DNA from: Candidatus Bathyarchaeota archaeon
GTDB lineage: Archaea > Thermoproteota > Bathyarchaeia > Bathyarchaeales > Bathycorpusculaceae
DNA: 64,000 bases
Direction of reading: 5' to 3'
Assembly: GCA_963775685.1 (NCBI GenBank)
Contig: CAVZJV010000014.1
Location: 672,001-736,000, forward strand
This document shows, in pieces, positions 8,913 through 19,180 of the stretch; the stretch's first letter is position 1; every line of letters starts with the position of its first letter. The notes under the pieces were generated by a model. That model ran no database searches. It was not told where the DNA came from and saw only the letters and a program-made list of their open reading frames with translations. A program made the position numbers and the translations under genes.

Positions 8913-10337
8913 GTGGAATGCGCTTTCAAGACTGTTTCAGTAGCTAAATTCGGCGGCAGCCTCCTTGATGTGGAAGGTAAAGGTATCCCCAAAATTGTTG
9001 AGCAGATAAAGCAAATCAGAAAAAAAGACGGGTGTGGACCAATTGCTGTGTTCTCTGCGCCGATTGGCTGCACTGACGCAATTATAAAGATAGGCGAATC
9101 TTACGCGCAGGCGTGCCATTTGCCTTTGGAGCCAGTTTTTGAAGTATATGAGAAAATAGCAAAACTCTACCTTAAGGATAAATATCTAAAGGATGCCCAG
9201 GACGAATTAGCTAACTATAAAGTGTTAACTCAAACTACCCTTGACACCATCAACAAGCGTTTCAGCGGCAACATCAAAGCCCGAGCTCTCACTTTGGGCG
9301 GCGAACTCGCCATGTCAGTCTTAATGGATTATATCTTGAGAAGCAACAGCTTAGAATCCTTTTGTTTATCCATGGAAGACTGGCCTATATTAACTGATGA
9401 CAACTTTGAAGACGCACTACCAAATTATGAGTTAAGCAAAAGAAGACTCCACAGCCTGATTGGACCCCTCGAAGAAGGTAAGGTCATATCTCTAGCTGGG
9501 TTCCTAGGGGTTACCGTAGACGGCCTTGAAACCATCCTTGGGAGAGGAGGCTCAGACTTAACAGCAGTTTTCACATCATGCCTCCTAAAAGATGTTTACT
9601 CAGCAAAAACTCTCCTCTATAAAGACGTGCCCATCCAAAGCGCTGACCCCAAAGTCGTCCGCGGACAAAAAACAGAACACGTCAACGCCCTAACCTATAA
9701 CGAAGCACACAAAGCATCCATGATGGGTATGAAAATTGTACAAAGTCCTGCAATCGCAATGGCAAGACGTTTTGGTCAGCCTTTGATGGTTGTACCAATT
9801 GATGAGCCCAAGATGTTTTCATTAATCGAGGCTGAAACAACAGGAGGAGAAGTCGTCAAGTGTCTGACCGGAAAATCAGGCTGTGCAATCCTCTCCATGA
9901 ATGATGAAAAAAGCCGCTCGCTTGAGGATTCTCTAAGGATTTGGGAACGCAGAAACGACTTTATAGACTTGGGTGCGGAAACCATGGAGACGGGTGAACG
10001 CATAAGAGACTTCCTTTTTTTAGATTCGGATTTCCTCAAGAAAAACGATGAGAAACTCAAGGGTTTTGACGAGAACATGAAAATCGATTACGGCTTAGGT
10101 GTGGTTACACTAATCGGTGACCGCATGAAAGATTCACCTGGAGTTGCCTCACTTGCCATCAGCGCCATCTCAGGCATCAACATAAAACGCGGCATCTTCG
10201 CACCCCACACCTCACAAATCATCCTCGTCGTCGAAGAAGAGAACGTACACGCCACCGTCGCAGCCATCCACCAAAAGAAACAAGAACTAAACAAGAAACC
10301 GCCAAACTGGCCAATGGGATTTCAATCATCAACCTGA
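8913..10337 (+). CDS. lysC: Aspartate kinase with C-terminal ACT domain
   Basis: VAKFGGS, VFSA, GFLG, LGRGGSDLTA, ADPK, YNEA, ACT motif VTLIGDRMKDSPGVA. Confidence 0.88.
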   Translation: MECAFKTVSVAKFGGSLLDVEGKGIPKIVEQIKQIRKKDGCGPIAVFSAPIGCTDAIIKIGESYAQACHLPLEPVFEVYEKIAKLYLKDKYLKDAQDELANYKVLTQTTLDTINKRFSGNIKARALTLGGELAMSVLMDYILRSNSLESFCLSMEDWPILTDDNFEDALPNYELSKRRLHSLIGPLEEGKVISLAGFLGVTVDGLETILGRGGSDLTAVFTSCLLKDVYSAKTLLYKDVPIQSADPKVVRGQKTEHVNALTYNEAHKASMMGMKIVQSPAIAMARRFGQPLMVVPIDEPKMFSLIEAETTGGEVVKCLTGKSGCAILSMNDEKSRSLEDSLRIWERRNDFIDLGAETMETGERIRDFLFLDSDFLKKNDEKLKGFDENMKIDYGLGVVTLIGDRMKDSPGVASLAISAISGINIKRGIFAPHTSQIILVVEEENVHATVAAIHQKKQELNKKPPNWPMGFQSST

Positions 10338-10673
10338 AATCTCTTCTTCTTAGCCCTGACATTATTTTTTAATTTCAAGAAAAATTCTAAGCGTAAAGTA
10401 GTTTCTTGACCGCGTTGCCGTTGACGTCATTGTTGAAGTAGCAAAACACTCGACGGGGTTTGTAGCTGTGCAAATCCTGGGGCGAGAGATTTGATTTCTC
10501 AAACTCCTCGGCTGTAGAGAAGCATCAAGAAAGTGGGTTCTCAAAAGTAATCTCTGTAGTTTGTGGAAAGGGCTACAGCGGACACTTTCAATGGCCCCTC
10601 CCTTCTGTGTAGTGTCGTATGAACACCCACCTTTTAAGTATTATTTATAATATGGGGGGTGCGTGACCCAAAT

Positions 10674-10901
10674 ATGACTCAGACGGAAACCCTAACTGGA
10701 ACCGACCAGTTTGTAAGCTTAACCCTCCACAACTTCTCCGCTGAAATGCTAAAAGACTTTGCCCAAAAAATCGTCAAACCACATTTTAGAGGCAACCTAA
10801 ACCAAGCTCTTCGTGCCCTAATGGAAAACGCGATAAACGAAGAAACAACATTCAACAATACTCTAATAGTAGAATCTGAAAAAGCCAAAAGCGAGATTTA
10901 A
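10674..10901 (+). CDS. Small RHH/CopG-like protein
   Basis: VSLTLHNF...LKDFA...GNLNQALRALME; TATA TTTTAAGTA upstream. Confidence 0.6.
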   Translation: MTQTETLTGTDQFVSLTLHNFSAEMLKDFAQKIVKPHFRGNLNQALRALMENAINEETTFNNTLIVESEKAKSEI

Positions 10902-10926
10902 ACCTCATGCACTGTTATTTCTTAAT

Positions 10927-11409
10927 CTAATTATAATTCCTGTTTTTACGACGCATGAAAACAACTATCAGTATAGTTCCTATAACAGTGATAATTATAG
11001 GAATTAACAAATAGATAAGAGATGGCTCTGCTGAGGTGCCGCTGTTTGAAATATCAGGGTTTGTCTCAAAAGAGAAAGCCACTTGCACCGGGTTAGAGCC
11101 CAACTGGTCATTCTCGAAGTTCAAAGTATAGTTTCCTTCTTGTTGGGCTACGAAGTTAAATGTGGCAGATTTATCGATAAGGCCGAGATTGATGATTTGG
11201 GCGCCGTTTGGTGCGTTAATCCAGAAGCGGAGTGTCCCCGATGTTGAGATGGAACCATTGAATGTTGTTCCTTCGGGCAACATGATGGGCAATCGAGATG
11301 TTGAGGTAACTGTAAAAGTTGGGATAGTAGATGCAGAAGCACAATGAGCAATAAGAGACAATGTCAGTAGGGCAATCAACAATGAAACTGACCGAAATTT
11401 GGTTTTCAT
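10927..11409 (-). CDS. emp24/gp25L/p24 (GOLD-domain)-like type I membrane protein
   Basis: Signal peptide, LRFWINAPNG...FNFVAQQEGNYTLNFEN, C-terminal TM and basic tail. Confidence 0.65.
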   Translation of the reverse strand: MKTKFRSVSLLIALLTLSLIAHCASASTIPTFTVTSTSRLPIMLPEGTTFNGSISTSGTLRFWINAPNGAQIINLGLIDKSATFNFVAQQEGNYTLNFENDQLGSNPVQVAFSFETNPDISNSGTSAEPSLIYLLIPIIITVIGTILIVVFMRRKNRNYN

Positions 11410-11626
11410 GTTTTCACTTGAGACGTTAAGGTAAGTTTTAAAGGTCCTATTAACGTTCACGCATTAAAAACCGAAAAAACAACTTGAATAAAGCAGAAAA
11501 TACTAAAAACCCAACCTGAATTAGTTGAATTTAGACAGCACAGTTGACAGGGTTAAAAATAGCTCAAAAGACTAAAAAAGTTGGTTCAGCTTCGTTGAAT
11601 TTGACCAGTTCTTGTCGTTTAGTGAC

Positions 11627-12475
11627 CTAGCGAACGAGAAGAACTGAACGTTGAGCATGCATACAGACGTCAGCACTTACACTTCCAATCAAGAATCGTT
11701 TGATACTGCTTAAGCCGCGGCTTCCAAGCACAATAAGATCATAATCGTCTATTTTTGCAACCTTCAGTATCATGCTTGCTGGATTGCCGTATTCCAAGCG
11801 TCTATCACACGTTACCCCCTCAACGTTTGTCGTAGCTTTATCCAGTATTTGCTCTCCAACCGCCCTGGTAAGAGCGGGCTCTAATCGGTGTAATTCCCCG
11901 TTTTCAACGTTAAGAATCGTCATGCGGATGCAATTGAAATGTTTACACAAATCAACAGCGTAATTGAGAGCTTTGATGGCTTGCTCGGAGCTGTCAAATG
12001 CCACGAGCAACTTGCCTAGTTCAGTTTTTCGCTTTGTAATCAAGACGGGGCATGGAGCATGCAATGAAATTTTTTCAGCGACACTGCCAAGAGAATAATG
12101 GTACGCTTGCTTTTCCGAAATATTTCCCATTATCAATAAGTCACAGTTTAACTCCTTGACTTTTTGTAGGATTCTGTCAGCTGGGTCTTCAGCTCTTTCA
12201 AGAAGAACCTCTACGTTAACATTTTCCTCATGGAAGTATTCTTCAGCTGTCCTCAGGATTTTTTCTCCTACATTCTGGTAGGTTTTGTCAAGTTCCTGTA
12301 GAATTAGCGGTGGCAATTCATAGCTGGCTTTCAATTCTGGATGCATGAAATCATGGGAAATAACATGCATCGCGATGACTTTTGAACCGAATTTTTTGGC
12401 AATTGTTGCGGTGAGTTCCCTTGCTCTCAAACATGAATGAGAACCGTCTAAGGGTAAAAGAATTCTTTCAAACAT
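11627..12475 (-). CDS. Universal stress protein, tandem USP domains
   Basis: ILLPLDGS, LGSVAEKI..HAPCPVL, GSRG...IGSVS. Confidence 0.92.
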   Translation of the reverse strand: MFERILLPLDGSHSCLRARELTATIAKKFGSKVIAMHVISHDFMHPELKASYELPPLILQELDKTYQNVGEKILRTAEEYFHEENVNVEVLLERAEDPADRILQKVKELNCDLLIMGNISEKQAYHYSLGSVAEKISLHAPCPVLITKRKTELGKLLVAFDSSEQAIKALNYAVDLCKHFNCIRMTILNVENGELHRLEPALTRAVGEQILDKATTNVEGVTCDRRLEYGNPASMILKVAKIDDYDLIVLGSRGLSSIKRFLIGSVSADVCMHAQRSVLLVR

Positions 12476-13188
12476 TAGGGTCCCTGGAATATACTGGTAG
12501 CTTTAAGTATTTCAATTTTGGCGTACGCTAAATCAGCTGCAAATCAACCGTTAGCCAAATTCTTTGCTTGCTTGAAAACAACAGCGAACATCTGAGAATG
12601 AAACTAGAAATTTGTGAAAGTACAATTTTTGGTTTTGTAGTTGGCGGGTTTGAACCCAAGCGTTTGCGATGTAAAAACCCTTTATTTCGTTAAATCAATC
12701 GAGCAGTACAATAGTCTTATTCAGCCAACAAGGACCTCAAGCCAATGTTTTATCAACGCGTTGTTGATTGCGAAGAAAATGACAAAGTACTTGATAGCAT
12801 CTTTCAGATAGATAGTATGTAAGGTTTCTTGTATAGCAAAGAAAAGTTTCTACTGCGAAAGAATTGCCGAGGTTGTTTTAGGCTGGTTCTTTTACCGGGA
12901 TTTTCAGTATGTTTTGGTTGCGTCGCTACTGTCGCCACTCATTGGAAAACCGTGAACATATTTTTTCCGCGGCGAAAAAAGCAGGAGTCATAATAGGTGC
13001 AATCGAGCAAATTTACCTACCATACAATTTAAATATTGACATACATCGATGAAGTGCTAAACGAGCATGAGAAATCCATAAGCAATCGTTGTTAGGCGCT
13101 TACCTAAGTTTAAAAAATCTTCTGTTCAATAAGACTTATCTTTTAGGTGACCCACAACTTCGATATCATTCAAAAGGTCATGTTACAT

Positions 13189-14151
13189 ATGGGAAACATT
13201 ACAGTTGCCATCCTTGGCGCTATAGACTATGGAGGCAATCTTGGAAAAAAAGGAACAACCACAGACATAACCCTATACAACCTCAAAAAAGGTGAAGACA
13301 CGGTAACCTTCATCGAACCCACCCGTTATCCTGAACGGTTAGCGCCCCTGTTCTATGCCTGTGCTTTAGCGAAAGAAGCCGTCATCGTTGTAGACGAACT
13401 TAACGCTACTTTTGGTGAACAACTCGTGATGGTACAGTGCTCCGAAATAAAAAGCGGCTACATTGTTTTGCGGAATTACATTTCTAAAGAAAAAATTCAG
13501 CCCATAATCAAAGGCACCAACCTTGAAAACTTTGAATTCGTCGCCGACGACACAAACCAATTGCGCGAAAAACTATTAACCGATGCTGCCAAACAAAAAC
13601 CCACCCAAACGCTCCAAACAGTTGGAACCGTACCAGTAGATCACTCCTTTAACGTGAAAGGAGTTGGCGTAGTCGTCTTAGGCATAATTGCTTATGGTAC
13701 AATAAAGAAGCATGCCACATTGAATGTTTTGCCAGGCGCCAAAACTACCCAAATTCGTTCAATCCAAAAGCACGATGACGAATTTGACATTGCGGGTGAA
13801 GGCGATCGCGTGGGATTGGCATTGAAAAATGTTGAAGTTGAAGACCTTGACCGCGGCACAATTCTAACAAACGACCCCCTCATCAAAACCTCCACTAAGC
13901 TGCAGGCCCATGTGTCGCTGGTTAAGTATTGGCAAACCCCAATCAAACCGGGCATGGTAATGCACATTGGACATTGGACCCAATTCATTACAGCAAAAGT
14001 GGAAGCTTCAAGCGACTCCGGCGACCCCAAAAAACCAACCCTATCAATAACGTTAGATAAACCTCTCGCTTACCGCCCCAACGACACAGCCGTTTTGATG
14101 TATCTTGACAACGCAAAGCTGCGGGTAGCTGGAACATTTTGGCTTTCTTAA
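13189..14151 (+). CDS. Archaeal SelB/EF-Tu-like translation factor with degenerate G domain
   Basis: LGKKGTTTDITLYN, VDHSFNVKGVGVVVLG, IRSIQKHD, GDRVGLALK. Confidence 0.8.
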   Translation: MGNITVAILGAIDYGGNLGKKGTTTDITLYNLKKGEDTVTFIEPTRYPERLAPLFYACALAKEAVIVVDELNATFGEQLVMVQCSEIKSGYIVLRNYISKEKIQPIIKGTNLENFEFVADDTNQLREKLLTDAAKQKPTQTLQTVGTVPVDHSFNVKGVGVVVLGIIAYGTIKKHATLNVLPGAKTTQIRSIQKHDDEFDIAGEGDRVGLALKNVEVEDLDRGTILTNDPLIKTSTKLQAHVSLVKYWQTPIKPGMVMHIGHWTQFITAKVEASSDSGDPKKPTLSITLDKPLAYRPNDTAVLMYLDNAKLRVAGTFWLS

Positions 14152-14484
14152 CCGAAAAAATTTTTATGGGTTAACGAAAGGTTTTCAATGGCTTTTTTAG
14201 CTCTTCTGATAAATCCAAGATTCAAAAGCAGGACAAATGGGTTATATCCAAACATCTACGGGGATGTTCGCCTCTTTTTACTTACGTAAAAATTTCCATC
14301 TTATTTTACATGCACAAATAGTACGAGACCAGAATAATAGTACTGACTGTAACTATTATTGTGTCGAAAAGCCAGCGGTTTTACCTGTTACTCGTCCAAA
14401 CTGCCCTCTAATCGTAAACAACGATGAAAGTAGCATTTAGGAAAATAATAAGTGCCTGTTTAATGTATGATTATTCGTTGCTGT

Positions 14485-15567
14485 ATGAATAAAACAGCAT
14501 TATCTTTAACATTCATCTTGGCCTTGTTTATCTCAGCGGCATTTATAGTTGGTACAGCAAATTCCGCGCTAACAAACACAATTCCAACAGGACCCATAGC
14601 GCCTTTGGTGATATCCATGGAGTCGCCTACGACCTCGACCTATGTCTCTTGGTTTGTGCCGCTCAAATTTTCTGTAGAAGGCAGTTGGGATGGGTTTGTG
14701 GACCATTGCTCTGTTGCATTCAGCATAGATGAAGGTTCACGGGTTGTTATTTATGATCCACCAATCCGAATTAATGAATTATCCAAGAACTTTACTTTAA
14801 CACTGGGACCTCTTTCAGAAGGCATGCATCACTTGCAAGTGTTTGCAACCGTCAGCGGTGTTTACCGGACTGACACAAACGCTCTTGCCACTAATGACTT
14901 TACCTCACAAACGTCAATCTACTTTATGGTTAACACTTTCGGCCAAGCCCAACTCTCGATCCTTTCGCCCCTAAAACAAACTTACAATACAAACAAAGAG
15001 ATCCCAGTTGAGTTTAATGTAAACAGAGCACCCTCAATCGTTAGCATGGGTTTCACTTTGGATGACCAATCAAACGTCACCATTCCAAGAAACACAACGT
15101 TATACGGACCAATATCCGATGGCATACACAAATTAAAAGTCTATGCGGTATATTCTGACGTTCTCCCTGTTTATTCAATTGTAAATTTCACCGTTGACAC
15201 AACCGCACCAAAAATTACAATTCTTTCATTACAAAATAAGGAAACGTACAATTCATCAGAGATACCTTTAGTTTTTAACGTAAATGAAACAACGTCGCTG
15301 ATTACCTATATCTTGGACGGAAAAGTGCATACAATTAGTGGAAACGAAACCTTGTCTATACTGCAAGATGGAGACCACAAGTTAACAATCTACGCGACAG
15401 ATAAAGCCAGCAACGCTGGAGCCTCAGAAACAATCGATTTTAACGTACAAGTACCCATTCCGTCCCAGATAGCCCTCGCAATCCTACCGCCCATGGCAAT
15501 CGTCCTAATTGGAGGCCTGAGTCTACTAATCCTTTTTGAGAAACAAAAACAGTCAACCCAAAACTAA
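14485..15567 (+). CDS. Secreted Ig-like repeat cell-surface protein with C-terminal TM anchor
   Basis: Signal peptide; three ILSP...Y...EGxHxLxVYA repeats; VDTTAP; C-terminal TM. Confidence 0.8.
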   Translation: MNKTALSLTFILALFISAAFIVGTANSALTNTIPTGPIAPLVISMESPTTSTYVSWFVPLKFSVEGSWDGFVDHCSVAFSIDEGSRVVIYDPPIRINELSKNFTLTLGPLSEGMHHLQVFATVSGVYRTDTNALATNDFTSQTSIYFMVNTFGQAQLSILSPLKQTYNTNKEIPVEFNVNRAPSIVSMGFTLDDQSNVTIPRNTTLYGPISDGIHKLKVYAVYSDVLPVYSIVNFTVDTTAPKITILSLQNKETYNSSEIPLVFNVNETTSLITYILDGKVHTISGNETLSILQDGDHKLTIYATDKASNAGASETIDFNVQVPIPSQIALAILPPMAIVLIGGLSLLILFEKQKQSTQN

Positions 15568-15770
15568 CACTGACAAACAATTTAATAAAGACAAAATTTA
15601 ACAAGTGACTTGGCTATTTCTGATACAAATAGAAAAAGTCAATAAATTTTTTTAACCCCCCCAAATACAATCTTTTGACCTAAGAGGACGGAAAAACCGT
15701 TTTAAGTATTCGGCTGCGTCAAAATTTTATCATAAAAATCTAGTTTGAATAAAGTAGCGAACTGTGGCCT

Positions 15771-18236
15771 TTATTTGCGTTTTAACATGTTTTCTAAGAA
15801 CGGCTTGAGCTTTGCGTTTTCTGCTTGGATTTTCTCTCTTCCTATCGCTTTCATGTCGGCGTCTATTTCCTTGATGACTTCGGCGTAATGTATACCTTCT
15901 GCAGCCGAGACGTACTCAACCCGGAATCGCTCAGGACTCATGCCGAGTTTTGTGAGCAAATTTTTGAGGGCATCTGTTCGGGCTTTCATCTTGTAATTTC
16001 CGCTGATATAGTGGCAATCATAGGGCAAATGACACGCGCCAAGAAGAACCATACCTGCTCCAAGCCGGAGCGCTTCGAGGACGAATTCTCTTGCAACTCG
16101 CCCACTGCACATTACTCGGATAGCTCTCACGCTGGCGGGGTAATCGCAGCGGCTAATGCCTGCAAGGTCTGCGCCTGCGTAACTGCACCAGTTGCAGAGG
16201 ATGGCAAGGATTTTTTCTTCCGGCTTATTTTCCAGCGCGGCACGGACTTGAGCCATTATTTGGGCATCAGTGAAATGCATCTGGGTTATTGCATGTTGTG
16301 GGCATTCAGCAACACATGTTCCGCAACCATGGCAACTAGCTGTGATTATTTGAGCAGGTAGACCTTTTTCTTGTCTGATAGCACCGTATGGACATTTATC
16401 AACACAAACTCCACATTTCTTGCATTTCGCTTCGTCAATGACGCTGATTATTGGTTCAATCTTCCACTTGGGTTTGCTGATAACTGTTGCCGCACGCGAT
16501 GCAGCGCCGCTGCCTTGTGAAACACTTGCTGGAATGTCCTTTAAGCCTACGCATGCGCCAGCGTAGAAGACTCCATCAGTTGGTGCATCCATAGGTTTGA
16601 GTTTGGGGTGGGCTTCCATAAAGAACCCGTCTGAGCCGCGTGAAAGGTTGAGTATACGTGCTACTTCTTCGGAACCCTTCTTAGGTATTGCTGCAGTGGC
16701 GAGGACAACCATGTCGGCGTCCACTTCAATGGGAGTTCCCAAAAGTGAATCCTCTGAGTGAACGGTCAGGTTGTGGGTTTTGGGGTCTTCATCGATCCGG
16801 CTCACGCGTCCGCGGATGAAGTTTACGCCTCGCTCACGTGCGCGGTCGTAGAATTCCTCATAGCCTTTGCCTGGGCTTCGTATGTCCATATAGAAGACAT
16901 AGACTTCTACATCTTCTTTGTACTTCTCCTTAAGCTGAACCACATGCTTAAGAGTGTACATGCAACCAAAGTTACAACAGTAAGGGTAGTGTGTTTTGTC
17001 TCGGCTACCGACGCATTGGATAAAGGCAATTCTGTGTGGTTTTTGACCATCGGATTGGCGGATGACTTTGCCAGCTGTGGGACCAGCTGCAAGAATTAAT
17101 CGTTCGAACTCCATGCTCGTGATAACGTTAGGGTACTTTCCATAGCCAAGTAACGGCATGTCATAGGGCAGGTAAACATCAAAGCCTGTAGAAACAATGA
17201 TTGCACCAACATCAAATTCAACTTCCTCAGCTTTCTGGTTGAAATCAATGGCTTGGCGTTCACCGCAGGCTTCCGTGCATTTGAAGCATTCAATGCAGTA
17301 ATCCCTGTTAATCGAGTAAATTAGAGGAACAGTCTGGTCAAATGGCACAGAAATCGCTTTACGCGTGCCAAGGTTCATATCCCATTCGTTGGGGTACTCA
17401 ATTGGGCAAGCATCTTTACATTCGCCACAACCCGTGCATTTGTCAGTTAGAACGTAACGTGGATTTTTGCGGATCTTCACTTTAAAGTTGCCTATGTAAC
17501 CGTCAACCTTAACCAGTTCCGAGTTTGCGAAGATTGTTATGTTCGGGTGACGAGCGCAATCCACCATTTTTGGTCCCTCAATGCAAATGCTACAATCCAA
17601 AGTGGGGAAGGTTTTGTCCAGCGCCGCCATGTGCCCTCCAATGCTTTGGGTGTTCTCAAGCATGTAGACCTTGTATCCCATTTCTGCCAGATCTAATGCT
17701 GCGTTCATGCCTGCGATCCCACCGCCGATGATAAGTGCTTTGTTGGTAACTGGAACCTCGATGGTTTGCAGGGGCTGCATCAATCGCACTTTTGCGACTG
17801 CCATGCGTACCGAGTCTTTTGCTCGTTCTGTTGCAGCACTAGGATCGCTTTGGTGGCACCAGGAGGCGAATTCACGGATGTTTGCCATTTCATAGAGGAA
17901 TGGGTTTAACCCTGCTTCGGAAACTGTGCGTCGGAAAGTGGGCTCATGCATTCTGGGTGAACATGCAGCTATGACTACGCGGTTTAGATTTTGCTCTTTT
18001 ATGGCTTTGCGGATTTCTGCTTGCCCAGGGTCGGCACAAGTGTAGCGGTTTTCCTTAACAAAAACTACGTTTGGAATTGTCCTTGCGTATTCAGCTACCG
18101 CTTTTACGTCTACAGTTCCTGCGATGTTTAATCCGCAGTGGCAGACGAAAACGCCAACTCGCAACTCTTCAGGTTGACAAGCGGGTTGGCAAGAGGCTAC
18201 TTCAGACTGTTGGGGTGTCGTTTGTGAATCGCTCAT
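15771..18236 (-). CDS. hdrA: Heterodisulfide reductase subunit A fused to MvhD
   Basis: VFVCHCG, ACSP..HE, GGGIAG, KTFPTLDC, QCVGSRD; C-terminal MvhD motifs CNWCSYAGAD, RVMCSGRV, DCHY. Confidence 0.93.
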   Translation of the reverse strand: MSDSQTTPQQSEVASCQPACQPEELRVGVFVCHCGLNIAGTVDVKAVAEYARTIPNVVFVKENRYTCADPGQAEIRKAIKEQNLNRVVIAACSPRMHEPTFRRTVSEAGLNPFLYEMANIREFASWCHQSDPSAATERAKDSVRMAVAKVRLMQPLQTIEVPVTNKALIIGGGIAGMNAALDLAEMGYKVYMLENTQSIGGHMAALDKTFPTLDCSICIEGPKMVDCARHPNITIFANSELVKVDGYIGNFKVKIRKNPRYVLTDKCTGCGECKDACPIEYPNEWDMNLGTRKAISVPFDQTVPLIYSINRDYCIECFKCTEACGERQAIDFNQKAEEVEFDVGAIIVSTGFDVYLPYDMPLLGYGKYPNVITSMEFERLILAAGPTAGKVIRQSDGQKPHRIAFIQCVGSRDKTHYPYCCNFGCMYTLKHVVQLKEKYKEDVEVYVFYMDIRSPGKGYEEFYDRARERGVNFIRGRVSRIDEDPKTHNLTVHSEDSLLGTPIEVDADMVVLATAAIPKKGSEEVARILNLSRGSDGFFMEAHPKLKPMDAPTDGVFYAGACVGLKDIPASVSQGSGAASRAATVISKPKWKIEPIISVIDEAKCKKCGVCVDKCPYGAIRQEKGLPAQIITASCHGCGTCVAECPQHAITQMHFTDAQIMAQVRAALENKPEEKILAILCNWCSYAGADLAGISRCDYPASVRAIRVMCSGRVAREFVLEALRLGAGMVLLGACHLPYDCHYISGNYKMKARTDALKNLLTKLGMSPERFRVEYVSAAEGIHYAEVIKEIDADMKAIGREKIQAENAKLKPFLENMLKRK

Positions 18237-19180
18237 TAGGAATCCTCCGTTTTCAGAGATTCTAATTGAAATCGTTTTTCTACTACTTGACGTCTATTTT
18301 GGGCAGCTTGAGCTTTAAGTTCCTTGGCTGCGTCAGCTGAACTCGTTATTCGCTCTAAGGCTTTGTTCCATGTACCTGAATGGATTGGCGTGTGAACAAC
18401 TTTTGTACGTTTAACGCATAAGGCTTCATCTACCGGGCACACATTCTTGCATGCACCACAGTAAGTACAAAGCAAATCGTTAACGTGAACCTTCTTGTCG
18501 TCCCCCAACACGAGAGCCCCCTTAATGGGACAAACGTCTAGGCAATCTGTGCAGCCCTCAGGGCATTTTTCCTTGTTTATATTGGTTTTTCCTTCAAAGG
18601 CTTTTCTTACTGTTAGTGCCCCTGAACGGCATTTGTATTCACACACCTTGCAGGTTGGACAATAATCTTTCTGGATGTCAACGTTAATTTGGACACGTTC
18701 TTTCTCAGCTGGGGAAAGCTCTTGCATGTTTTCGACGGGTTTACCGTCAAAACCAACTTTTGAAATTTTTATTAGCGAGAGGGGACATGCACTTTCACAT
18801 TCGACACACTCTTTTTCACATTTATGGGTGTCAATCGTTACACCTCGAACAAGTTGGGGGTAGCTATCTTTTGCCAAAATGGATAGATCATGTTGATCGT
18901 TTAGGGTTACCTTGATTGCACCATAGGGACAGGTAACGTCACAGATGCCGCAAAAGTTACATTTTGCTAAGTCAATGTCCACCTTGGCTTTCTTTGCCTT
19001 TTCACCTGCAAGCTTGGGTTGTTTTTGTGTTTTTATGGCGTCTTTAGGGCAAGCCAACGAGCACACTTGACAGCCAACACAGCGATTTTTATCAAGAGAC
19101 AACTTGTAATCTTTAACCTGTAAATTCCATTCTAACGTTAAAGCGTCTGCCGCATCCTTTTTTATGGTTTTTAACGGCAT
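18236..19180 (-). CDS. FwdF-like polyferredoxin (multiple 4Fe-4S)
   Basis: Six CxxCxxCxxxC(P)-type motifs; FwdF-like ends; TAATG overlap with hdrA. Confidence 0.85.
   Translation of the reverse strand: MPLKTIKKDAADALTLEWNLQVKDYKLSLDKNRCVGCQVCSLACPKDAIKTQKQPKLAGEKAKKAKVDIDLAKCNFCGICDVTCPYGAIKVTLNDQHDLSILAKDSYPQLVRGVTIDTHKCEKECVECESACPLSLIKISKVGFDGKPVENMQELSPAEKERVQINVDIQKDYCPTCKVCEYKCRSGALTVRKAFEGKTNINKEKCPEGCTDCLDVCPIKGALVLGDDKKVHVNDLLCTYCGACKNVCPVDEALCVKRTKVVHTPIHSGTWNKALERITSSADAAKELKAQAAQNRRQVVEKRFQLESLKTEDS

Noticed and set aside
12646-12657. GGGTTTGAACCC, resembling a tRNA T-arm or att remnant
   Set aside because: No acceptor, D or anticodon stems around it.
13147-18236. Selenocysteine system suggested by a SelB-like gene near hdrA
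   Set aside because: HdrA and MvhD have Cys at the usual Sec positions (DCSIC, CNWC), there is no in-frame TGA or SECIS-like element, and the factor lacks a proper G domain.
15771-19180. Evidence for methanogenesis
   Set aside because: HdrA and polyferredoxins are widespread in non-methanogens, and no mcr or mtr is present in the window.
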